Source: Octopus bimaculoides
Lineage: Eukaryota
Direction of reading: 5' to 3'
Length of the DNA stretch: 64,000 nucleotides
Assembly (NCBI RefSeq): GCF_001194135.2
Contig: NC_068984.1
Span: 53,888,911-53,952,910, forward strand
How positions within the stretch are numbered: position 1 is the first letter of the stretch; each line of letters starts with the position of its first letter. Made by a program: the position numbers and the translations under genes. Under the pieces are notes generated by a model. That model did not search any database, had not been told where the DNA came from, and worked only from the letters and a program-made list of their open reading frames with translations. Shown here piece by piece: positions 53,291 through 64,000 of this stretch.

Positions 53291-53295
<5 letters not shown>
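52283..53295 (-). pseudogene. Penelope-like element: RT C-terminal half and thumb, plus C-terminal part of a GIY-YIG endonuclease
   Basis: Translates FDITMGSPDSA, DLVGLYILD, GLYRDD, GLSITIE, HLDI, SNHPQQIK, RISNLSSNEEIF, and then NSTGLSNYIWELKDKG...WEILTTAPAY...KCMLCVNE...CLHK. 5'-truncated, frameshifted, with an internal deletion. Confidence 0.92.
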
Positions 53296-53326
<31 letters not shown>

Positions 53327-54429
53327 NNNNNNNNNNNNNNNNNNNNNNNNNNNNNNNNNNNNNNNNNNNNNNNNNNNNNNNNNNNNNNNNNNNNNNNNNN
53401 NNNNNNNNNNNNNNNNNNNNNNNNNNTATATATATATATACATACATATATATATATATATACATATATATATAATTGGTTAATCCAGTGCTGTGGTTGA
53501 AAACGTTTGCATGTGCTGAGATGCAGTGACACCTTGTTCAGAAACCTTATTGTATGGTTGTAAAGCGAACTTATTAACTACTGGCTGTTTTTGTTTTTTA
53601 CTATTGATTTGTTCAGTCAAAGCTGACTTGGAATTAAGCAACAGAAAGAACAGCTACTTGTTCTTAATTTATGAGAGCCAAAGCAATGAAAAGTATAAAT
53701 TAACAAATTTAACGTAAGACTATTTGAAATCATAGGTATTTATTTTTACATTTTTGTCAGAGTTTATAAACAACAGTTGTTGGTTTCAGCTTTACAATGC
53801 AATTCTCTTTGTAAAAATGACAATGTAGTACTTGTAACTTGATGTAAAGCAAATATATCAAGGGACTTCATTCTTAAATCACCATTTTATTTTCGGTTTT
53901 CTAGCTCTTATGGAAATATCAACTGTCTTAATTACTTTCTATATTGAAATTAGTGTGACTTTTTCCAAAATCAACTGACAAATTTAGTTTAGTTTGTCAA
54001 AAAATATATATCTTTTAATAAATCACAGTTTGCTTCCTAACTACATGGTTACTGGTTCAGTCCCACTCCATAGCACCTTCTACTATAGCCTCCAGTGTGC
54101 CCAAAGCCTTGGAAGTGGATTTTGTAGATGGAAACTAAAAGAAGCCTGTCATGTCTGTCTATGTGTCTCCCAGATTGTGTTTGTCCTTAACCACTGTTTG
54201 ATAACCAGTATTGATTTGTTTAAGTCTCCATAGCTTTGTGGTTGAACGAAAGAAAATGATAGAATGAGTACCAGGTTTAAAAATATGTACTAGGGTTTGT
54301 TTGCTTGAGCCCTTCAAGGTGGTGCCTCAACATGGCCATAGTCAAATGACTGAAATAAGTAAAAGATAAAAGGTAAAAGAAGAAAGGATAGAAGATATGT
54401 GTCAGTGAAAGACACATATGCGTGCGCGT

Positions 54430-54468
<39 letters not shown>

Positions 54469-56408
54469 CATGCATGCACACGTGGCTCTTGTGCTGTCTC
54501 TACTCATCAATTTCCCTCCACACAACTGAAAACATTTGCCCAAGATGATGTGCTGTGAAATTGAACTCAGAGCCATATGGTTGTAAAGTGAAATTCTTAA
54601 CCACACACCTATACTACTATATTTGAAGTCATACACATAGACAAAATTAAATAATTGGCAGAAAATATAAATCTGCTATGGAAACATCATTTCTTCCTTC
54701 CACCTCCTTGAGAAGAAAAATCAGTTATTTTCTATAATGAAATTATTATGTTGAAGCAGACTTTTCCATAATTAGCTGACAAATTTAGTTGAGTTTGTCA
54801 AAAAAACATTTCATTATATCACGAAACATTTGCCTAAAGATTCTGAAATTCTGCTATATCTCATGTTAGTAAAAATATAATCTTTATGAAACCTTAAAAT
54901 TCTTTAGCTTATCTTTGGAGAAAATCTCTGTTGACATTTCATTAGTTTCTTCCTTCCTGATAAAAAAATTTTAAAAAAATAGAAAGAAAATGGAAACACT
55001 ATTATAGTGTAAAGTTTGCATTTATTCAATTTATATCTGTTATCTGAGCTTCCAGCAGTTAACCAGTAAACAACAGATTGTACCAACAGCATACAGTGCT
55101 GGAAATTAAACTTTCTAGCAGCAATGTAAAAGGATAAACATTTATTTATACTTGTACAAGCTGTTCAACAGATGAATTACACTATTCTCCTTTACATTCT
55201 TCTCTTTAGAATCTATGAAAAACTAACTTAAAATGGATGTCTGTATAGTTTCCTGATGCTATTAATAGACAAAATGAAGAGTATAAATCTGCTGTAAGCA
55301 TTAAACTTTCACATCATTGATTTCAAATCAGTAAGCTATTATTAAAGAGGTTTCATACTATTTTCTATATGGCATCAGAGACAACTAATACCTTTAACCT
55401 ACACAACTAGAAATTCCTGTGTCACTAAAACGAAGTTTTTTTTTGTTAATGATAATTAGAATTATTGCTCAGCCTGCTGGAAATATCAACTAAATCCCCC
55501 CCCTCTCTCTCTCTCTTAAATCTTATCCTACCATCTTGAGAAAAGAACACAAACAACTGATAACATAAAAGGAAAGGAACACAGACAAGTGATAACATAA
55601 AAGGATAAGTTGTTTGTTGCTGGAAAGTATTTAATTACAGGTGTGCAAGAAAAGACATGACAAGGCTTAAAACATTAAACTTTAATAGATAGATGTCAAG
55701 CCAGATATTATCAGAGAATACAAGAATAGAACTGAGAGAACTATGTGATTTTTTGATGCTTAATCCATACAGTCTATTGGTTCAATCTTTCCNNNNNNNN
55801 NNNNNNNNNNNNNNNNNNNNNNNNNNNNNNNNNNNNNNNNNNNNNNNNNNNNNNNNNNNNNNNNNNNNNNNNNNNNNNNNNNNNNNNNNNNNNNNNNNNN
55901 NNNNNNNNNNNNNNNNNNNNNNNNNNNNNNNNNNNNNNNNNNNNNNNNNNNNNNNNNNNNNNNNNNNNNNNNNNNNNNNNNNNNNNNNNNNNNNNNNNNN
56001 NNNNNNNNNNNNNNNNNNNNNNNNNNNNNNNNNNNNNNNNNNNNNNNNNNNNNNNNNNNNNNNNNNNNNNNNNNNNNNNNNNNNNNNNNNNNNNNNNNNN
56101 NNNNNNNNNNNNNNNNNNNNNNNNNNNNNNNNNNNNNNNNNNNNNNNNNNNNNNNNNNNNNNNNNNNNNNNNNNNNNNNNNNNNNNNNNNNNNNNNNNNN
56201 NNNNNNNNNNNNNNNNNNNNNNNNNNNNNNNNNNNNNNNNNNNNNNNNNNNNNNNNNNNNNNNNNNNNNNNNNNNNNNNNNNNNNNNNNNNNNNNNNNNN
56301 NNNNNNNNNNNNNNNNNNNNNNNNNNNNNNNNNNNNNNNNNNNNNNNNNNNNNNNNNNNNNNNNNNNNNNNNNNNNNNNNNNNNNNNNNNNNNNNNNNNN
56401 NNNNNNNN

Positions 56409-56447
<39 letters not shown>

Positions 56448-57511
56448 CTTGTTTACACAGAATACTATGGCCATGCAGTCATGCTGGGGCACCACATTGC
56501 ACAGTTTAGTTAAAAAATTTGGCATACTAATTTTTCCTTTAGTCTGGTACTCACTCTAACAGTCTTTTGTGCTGAACCATGAAGTTATGGGGATGTAAAT
56601 AAAGCAACACCAGTTGTCAAGCAGTGTGCATGTGTGTGTGTGGGGGGGACGAATGCAGACACACATACATACACATGCATGCATACACACACACACACAC
56701 AAGCTTTCACATAGTTTCTACCTACCAGATTCACCCACAATGCATTGGTTAGCCTAGGGCTATAGTAGAGGAGACTTTTCCATGGTGCCATGCAGTAGAA
56801 CTGAACCTAAATCCACATGATAGCAAAGCGAGCTTCTTAACCTCATAGCCATACATGTGCCTACAACCTACCTGCCTACCTACCTACCTACCTACCTCTC
56901 AACATATCTATCTACGCACACACACACACACATCACAATCATTATCACCACTTTAAAAGTGCTTTCCATGCTAGCATGAATTGAGCAGGTCATAATCCAA
57001 GTTAGTTCTTATTCAGTGTCACTAAACTTCTAGATGCATTGCATAACCATGTCTCACTTGTATGTTTGATTTTTGTTTTGGTTTCTATGGCTAGGTGCCC
57101 TTCCTATATATGTTTTGATTCAAAGCTGTGTTGCTACTCGAAGTTTCATACACCAGTTGGGGCAGTTCAGTTTCTGTTGGAAACCCCCTTGGCATGACAC
57201 AAACAAATGAATAGATGTATAAAATATCTAGGTGGAACCTATTGCTTTTGTCTAGGTGGTTTTTGATCAAAATCGAATAGCCCCCAACAGGTGTGTGTGT
57301 GTGTGTGTAAAAACAAGCATCAAATATTTTATAATTAGTTATCTAAGATATAGGAACATGAAACTCCAAGAAGCAACTGTCACACATACAACTTTAAATA
57401 AATGTTATGACTCAACATTACTCTGCTGAGCACTTCCTTTTACCCAATTGCTATCAAAATGGTGCAACTACCTTGTGTGCGTAACATCATCATCACCATA
57501 ATATAAATATA

Positions 57512-57566
<55 letters not shown>

Positions 57567-58001
57567 NNNNNNNNNNNNNNNNNNNNNNNNNNNNNNNNNN
57601 NNNNNNNNNNNNNNNNNNNNNNNNNNNNNNNNNNNNNNNNNNNNNNNNNNNNNNNNNNNNNNNNNNNNNNNNNNNNNNNNNNNNNNNNNNNNNNNNNNNN
57701 NNNNNNNNNNNNNNNNNNNNNNNNNNNNNNNNNNNNNNNNNNNNNNNNNNNNNNNNNNNNNNNNNNNNNNNNNNNNNNNNNNNNNNNNNNNNNNNNNNNN
57801 NNNNNNNNNNNNNNNNNNNNNNNNNNNNNNNNNNNNNNNNNNNNNNNNNNNNNNNNNNNNNNNNNNNNNNNNNNNNNNNNNNNNNNNNNNNNNNNNNNNN
57901 NNNNNNNNNNNNNNNNNNNNNNNNNNNNNNNNNNNNNNNNNNNNNNNNNNNNNNNNNNNNNNNNNNNNNNNNNNNNNNNNNNNNNNNNNNNNNNNNNNNN
58001 N

Positions 58002-58047
<46 letters not shown>

Positions 58048-58459
58048 GCGATCACATGTAATGTTATAACATAATGGGTGAAGGACACTATATATATATA
58101 TATATATATATATCACACTTCACCTGTTGTAACATTACATATGATCTCTACTTTATTATGAGGGCTAATTTTAAAAGGATAACATCATTGATTCTTATTT
58201 TATAATATCCTCTTCTGTCATGAGTATGAGATGATGTAATACTATGACTTTAAAAAAATAATGGTAACGTGTAGTTTGATTGCTTATCAGAAAATATCTT
58301 ATTTTAACAAATCCTCTCTTCTTTTTTTGATTTTACAAATCCTTTGTTTTTCTAAAACATCTTGTATAACTTACCTGTAATATTCTTTGAAATGATTTCT
58401 TTTGAATCCCTTCTTTTGCTCCTTCTGCTGTGTAACCATCTATTGTATCTTTTCTAAAG

Positions 58460-58498
58460 CCAATGCTGATGGTTCCGATACTGGATTGGCTCGGGCAG
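58460..58498 (+). other. Candidate 39-nt frame-preserving microexon
   Basis: TCTTTTCTAAAG|CCAATG...GGGCAG|GTAAAA, preceded by 167 nt with no AG (58291-58457). Open as (A)NADGSDTGLARA(G) or as PMLMVPILDWLGQ. Confidence 0.4.
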
Positions 58499-59588
58499 GT
58501 AAAATTGCATCCTGTTCATTATACTTCTTACATAGTTTTCTGTAGCTATCAGTGCTAGTCTTTTTTGTGTGTGCGTGCTCTTTGTTTCATATTGCAATTT
58601 TTCCTTTCATTTTCGTACGTTACGTACTTATTTTATCCTTGCGTTTTTGTTTTCATCCAATGTTTTGGCATGCTGTGGTGTTCACGTAGCAGCTATATCA
58701 GTTGGGAGACATTAGATGCCTTCCATCTTTAGATGATTCTTTTAATTATTGTTATATTTAATTTTTTTTAACATTGAAATAGCATGGAGAATTATATTTT
58801 ATTTTATTATTATTATTTCTTTTTCCATTTTTCTTGATTGAGAAGTTTCTTTCACTTATAATTTTAAAACCCTTCACTGCCAAAAAATTTATAAAAGATG
58901 AACATATATGACAAAACATAAAAGAATACATAAAATTGGATTCTGTCAAAAATGTTGCCAGAAAACACTTGGCTAATCTTTTCACTAATTTAAAATATAT
59001 ATTTAATTTATATTCTGCATTTTTAAAATTTAAACTAGCAAAAAAAAAAAAAAAGAAAAGAAAAAAGAAAAAAATGATAAATAAACACTTGCTTTTATCA
59101 TGTCATCTCTCAGTAAAACAAATATTCAATGTCATTCAATTGTTAATGAAACAAATATACTAAGAATTATGCCATTGCATTTTTGATTAAGGAATCCCTA
59201 ATTAATTACCATGATTAAAAGAAATGATCATTTAGATCAGTTGAAATATGTTTGGGACATTTCACCAGTACAAAGGCCTTATTCACTGCTGTTTGCTATT
59301 GAGAACTCTTGCTTCAGGCAATAGATGTTGTTGTTGGTGGTGGCGATGTTTTTTTTATACGTTGCTTAAAGTGAGAATTCTTGTCAACAGCAAACAGCAG
59401 TAAATGCACTCTTTCTACAGGTCAAATATATCCCATACACATTTGAGCTGATCTAAATTTTATGTTTATTCATAACACTGCTTTTGCGTGCTTGCTACAT
59501 TATATAAAAAAAAATTTCCTACTGAAGCAAGAATAACATTTGAAATGTTTACACTTCATACCTTGTGACATATAGTCACCTCTTACTG

Positions 59589-59623
<35 letters not shown>

Positions 59624-59669
59624 TTGGAAATGGATGTGTTGCTTTCAATTAAATAATAAATAATACACA

Positions 59670-59747
<78 letters not shown>

Positions 59748-59805
59748 AATAAGGAGAAAATGGAGAGGTAATTAATAAAATTATTTATTAATTATAAAAT
59801 ATGAT

Positions 59806-59897
59806 AACATCTCTGACAGCTGTTTCGATTCAGAAATCTTTAGATAATTAATTTATAAAATTAAAATCATGAAAAGATGAATCTCTTCAGAGGTTGT
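59806..59897 (-). ncRNA. Minimal type I hammerhead ribozyme motif in a TA-embedded repeat (about 59745-60050)
   Basis: The - strand reads ACAACCT-CUGAAGA-GAUUCA[45 nt]UGAAUC-GAAA-C-AGCU-GUC-AGAGAUGU. The core is complete, helix II has a perfect 6-bp base, and ACAGCUGU is palindromic. Confidence 0.7.
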
Positions 59898-60095
59898 AAA
59901 GACATACTGATTAGAAATATATGTTGAGATAATGGCTATAAACCGTTTATATGGTCACCTTATAGTTGAACTTTCTATAGGTAGGTAACTAGCCAGTATT
60001 TTCATTGGATTTATGATCCCTTAATGAGGTTTATTACCTTTACTTGATTATATATAATATATATGTGTGTGTGTGTGTATATATACATATGTATG

Positions 60096-60139
<44 letters not shown>

Positions 60140-60146
<7 letters not shown>

Positions 60147-61054
60147 ATGCATATATGGGTACAGGACGTCACCAATGGTGCAAATAGAATGAAATACATA
60201 AATGAGAAAAACATAAGAAACAGGACAAGTTAACACAGAGGAAAGACCCTTCATCAGTTGTCGGCTGTCTGTCTACTCCTCCTTTCGAGCATTCAATGAC
60301 AACATGATACTTCAAAGACAGTTGCTCCCATAAATTCTAAAATAAAATTTAGGATTTATGGAGGGTCAAAGTTAGGAACAAAAAGATGACAGTGCAGACA
60401 TACAAGGAAACTGATGCATCCATTTCCAAGTAAGTTTATCTTCACCTTTTTGATGCCACTCTCTACTCTATACGGCTTTCTTCTTCCATCCTTCTCTAAT
60501 TTCCTTTTTCTCCCGCTCCCTCTTTCACCGTTTTCTATCTGTGTATGTCTCTCTCTCCCCTCTTTCTCTTTCTCTCTCTCGTTGCCTACATGTGACAATC
60601 GTTCATCTTTCTTTTCCTCATGTGACCATCTTTCTTTTCCTCATGTGACCATCTTTCTTTTCCTGCACGGACATTCTATCTTTTCTCTTTTCAAAAAAAA
60701 AAAAAATGTTTCTCCCAGCATTCACTATTTTCCTCTCATTCTGGTCTATTGACCCACCATGTTTGGTTTCCTTGTATGTCTCCATTGTCATTTTTTGTTC
60801 CCTGCTTTGACCCTCTATAAATTCTAAATTTTATTTTAGAATTTATAGGAGCAACTATCTTTGAAGACTCATATTGTTGTTGGATGCTCGAAATGAGGAG
60901 TAAATAGACAGCTGACAACTGATGAAGAGTCCTTTCTCTGTGTTAACTTGTCCTCCATTTTTTTCTCATTTACATATTTCACTCATTTTTGTTTCATTTG
61001 TTTATGTATTTCATGTTATTTGCACCATTGGTGATGTCCTGTACCCATATATAC

Positions 61055-61055
<1 letters not shown>
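60140..61055. mobile_element. Foldback element: inverted arms of about 275-290 bp around a spacer of about 350 bp, between (TA)n runs
   Basis: 60140-60413 aligns by eye to the reverse complement of 60765-61055, with substitutions and small indels. Confidence 0.8.
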
Positions 61056-61103
<48 letters not shown>

Positions 61104-61525
61104 TATATTTGTCTCTTATAGTTATATTTCAGTGGGTTTCCATTTTAATATTTTTATCATTGGAAATGTTTTTTTTTTGCTTCTCTGTTTTTCTAGACTC
61201 TAAGTTATTGGAACTCTTTCATCATTATTAGTAATGTAGGGGGTTTGCTTTATTTTGAATTTGGTTTCACATAAAATGAAGAAAATCATTATTAATTTGA
61301 ATCGATAATATCTATGGAGTTTATATATATATTGTATATTCCAATTGTTTGAATATATTACTGCAATAATTGGGCCAGCAGTGCAGAGTGACCAGCTAAG
61401 CACAATATTATATTTAGCATTCTTCCTCTATACACTAAATTCAAATATTGTCAAGGACAACTCAACCTTTGTATTATTCTGGAGTTGATAAACCAATAAC
61501 ATAGGAACATTGATTCAGTGAACTA

Positions 61526-62330
61526 TAAAGTCTGTCCAAAAATAAACTGGACTTTTGAGAAACAAAGTTATGATTTACAAATTAATAAAAACTGAATCCT
61601 TCAAAATGATTCCCTTCATTTATGATGTGTTGTTTCTGATTCTTTTTCCAGTTATAAAATATCTTCTCAAAGCATTGTGCACAGTTCTCATAGCAGATTT
61701 TCTTGAATTTTTTCTATTTTTAAATTGGTGACCTTTCAGATGAGTGGATATTGATTTTGTAAATGGAAAAAAATAGTGTGCTAGATCAACTCTGGAGGCT
61801 GAGAGTTTTCTTGTGTTTTTGCTTACAGCTTCTAATAAGCAGTAATGCATGAGCAGATGCATTGTCATAGTACAGCATCCTGGTTTTGTTTGTCCATACC
61901 TCTAGCCCTTTCTTTTGCCTTGCTTCTCTGAAATGCCTCAAGACTTTCCAGTAAAAACTCTTCAATGATTGTATGACTACTTGAAACAAACACATTATGG
62001 ATGACATGCTTCCATTCCAAAAAGATGACCAACATCACTTTCACATTTCATTGTCGCTCTCATATTTTCTGTTTTTGCAATGAGGATCATCCAACCCACT
62101 GCAATGACTACCTTTTTGCTTGGACATCATAGCCTGTACACCTGTATTTCATCATTATTTGAGTGATTAAATTGTTCTGTTTTTTTTTTTGCTAACAAAT
62201 GTGGCATCAGGATGCATCTTAAATTTTGCTTTCAAAATCATGTGGCATTATCTTTTAAAGATGCCCCTTCTTTAGAAACTTCATAGATTCATGGATAGTT
62301 AGACAAAGATTTTATGGCTCACAACATCCG
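61526..62330 (-). mobile_element. Truncated, decayed mariner transposon (second family)
   Basis: TA-TAAAGTCTGTCCAAAAA terminus; - strand motifs DEIQVY/GYDVQ and LYYDNASAH (HHDNAPAH-like). The other end is not found. Confidence 0.75.
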
Positions 62331-62789
62331 TCTTTGCAGTGTGATCAATGTCTGTTGTTTTGTAATGTCATCCAGATTCAGAATGTTCTTTGGTGGATAT
62401 TCTTCTCCAGTCTGTAACACTGATGCCACTTGCAACAAGGCAGGCAGCTCAAACATTCCTTCCCATCATCCTGTTGTAGCATTAGAAATATCTCAAGATG
62501 GGAAAGATGACTTCCCTTTGCAAATACAGACAGGATACAGATGTGTGTCAATAGCCAGCTGGAGGAGATGTTCTCCTGGGGCTAAAAGCAACAGTAACAT
62601 CCACCCTTAGGGGTCAGCCACATTTAAGTGGCAAATATACTTCACCTTGTCGTGCAGTTACTGTTAATACCTCATTCAGAGATTTAACATTGCTTGTTTT
62701 CACTTTTTCGAGATCAGTGAATAATTTCACTGGAAAAAGATATATGTATTTGCATCGGGACATTTTTCGCATCGAAGGTCAGCGATTGT

Positions 62790-62834
62790 CGTACGCTGAG
62801 GACGGGTAAATACCCAGAAACTCGAGTCCGTATG
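62790..62834 (+). ncRNA. Minimal type I hammerhead ribozyme motif at the end of a CpG-rich cassette of about 195 bp
   Basis: CGUACG-CUGAGGA-C-GGGU-AAAU-ACCC-A-GAAA-C-UCGA-GUC-CGUAUG. Helix I has 6 bp (one G-U), helix II has 4 bp, ACUCGAGU is palindromic, and the cleavage triplet is GUC. Confidence 0.8.
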
Positions 62835-62869
62835 TATCGCAGATCAAGATGGGAAGGATGACTTCCCAT

Positions 62870-63092
62870 CATTTTAGCTTTCAAATGATGCCAACCTGCT
62901 GGATAGGCAAGCAGACCAACATTCCCTCAATCGAAAGTCTAGTCCATCACAGGGTTACGTATGAGTGCTGTCATAATTCTGAAGCAACTTCTCTTTTGGC
63001 CAACAAGTTTAAAAAGGCCAGAAGTACATGCCAATTACAACTAAGGCAAATGAAACAGACAGGGTGGCAAAAGAAGACACAAGAGTTGCAGG
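62870..63092 (+). pseudogene. RTE (BovB-like) LINE ORF fragment from the EN-RT linker
   Basis: Translates NKFKKARSTCQLQLRQMKQTGWQKKTQELQDAVD, resembling the W..KA.ELQ.AAD block. Confidence 0.65.
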
Positions 63093-63094
63093 AT

Positions 63095-63445
63095 GCTGTG
63101 GACTGGTTCTGGGTTCAGTCTCACTGTGCAGCATCTTGGGCTGACCAAAGTCTTGTGAGTGGATTTGGTAGATGGAAACTAAAAGAAGCCCATTGTGTGT
63201 ATGTGTGTGTGTGTGTGTGTGTGTGTTTATGTATGTTTGCTGTGTCTTTGTGTTAGGGTTTGACAACTGGTGTTGGTGTGATTTTGTCCCTGGAACTTAG
63301 TGGTTTGGTAAAAGAGACTGACAGAATAAGTACCTGTCTTTAAAAAAATAAGTACTGGGGTCAAGTCATTCAACAAAAAATTCTTCAAGGCAGTGCTCCA
63401 GCATGGTCACAGTCTAATGACTGAAACAAGTAAAAGATAAAAGAT
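63095..63445 (+). mobile_element. SINE family A copy
   Basis: CTGGGTTCAGTCTCACTG...GGTAGATGGAAACTAAAAGAAGCC...GTCTAATGACTGAAACAAGTAAAAGATAAAAG. Confidence 0.85.
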
Positions 63446-64000
63446 ACATTTCTCAAAGCTTTTATCAACCAAATGAATTTCACTCACAAGATATTGGACA
63501 CTCTGAGAGGCTACTGTAAAGATACTCAAGGTGTTGTCCAGTGAGACTGAACTCAATTTCATGCTTATATACATCAATTTATCTTGCCATCAATAAAATA
63601 TAATTTAATTTAACAGTATCCATACTGCAGATGCATAAAAGCATCTCTAATCCATAGACATGAAATCAATCCTACATGGATAGTGAAAAGACACATAAAC
63701 ATCTCTTGGATTTCACAATATAATGATGAGATCACATACAAACATTGCTGAGATTTTATGGTTGTCTGTGAGTGATGCGTTTATGCGCCACTGGGGTTTC
63801 ATAGCTATTGATAAGAGTCGCTTATATGTGTCTGTGCTATAAACAGTGTTAAATGTATAACAATAACATTAAAATTATAACTTGCAAATTATTCTAAGAA
63901 AATGTTTGATATATAGTGATGTTTGCAAAAGAAAGACTGTTCTGTTGTTGATCAGAGTGAATGGTATGTGGCAAGTGAAAAATATGTCGTGAGACTGTAG

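Noticed and set aside
60888-60932. Type II hammerhead reading of GCUC-GAAA...GUA...CUGAUGA-AGAGU in the foldback arms (also 60245-60292 on -)
   Set aside because: A 4-bp helix II can be drawn, but no helix I forms between the putative cleavage site and CUGAUGA in either arm.

Overview
AT-rich animal DNA, dense in repeats and full of N gaps. The SINE families, the RTE-type (GAT)n-tailed elements and the microsatellites closely resemble an Octopus (coleoid cephalopod) genome; this is inferred from recognising the repeats, not from a search. I could not identify a host protein-coding gene. The window looks intronic or intergenic, with one CpG-enriched promoter-like block (about 22.3-24.5 kb) and a few candidate exons. 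Every ORF I can recognise comes from a transposon: RTE (4.1 and 62.9 kb), R4/Dong-like (7.8 kb), L1/Tx1-like (16.8-17.8 kb), CR1-like remnants, a Penelope-like RT plus GIY-YIG element (52.3-53.3 kb) and three mariner relics. Most other ORFs in the track are microsatellite, gap or SINE artefacts. The most interesting signal is a set of minimal hammerhead-ribozyme (HHR) motifs in several unrelated short non-coding elements. Two have a complete catalytic core and palindromic helix III (62790-62834 on +, 59806-59897 on -). A third type sits in the 3' module of a tRNA-headed SINE-like element found at two loci (45.0 and 5.1 kb). Together with the Penelope-like element, this suggests a Penelope/retrozyme-type system of self-cleaving non-autonomous retroelements. 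The window also has several unexplained inverted-repeat structures.
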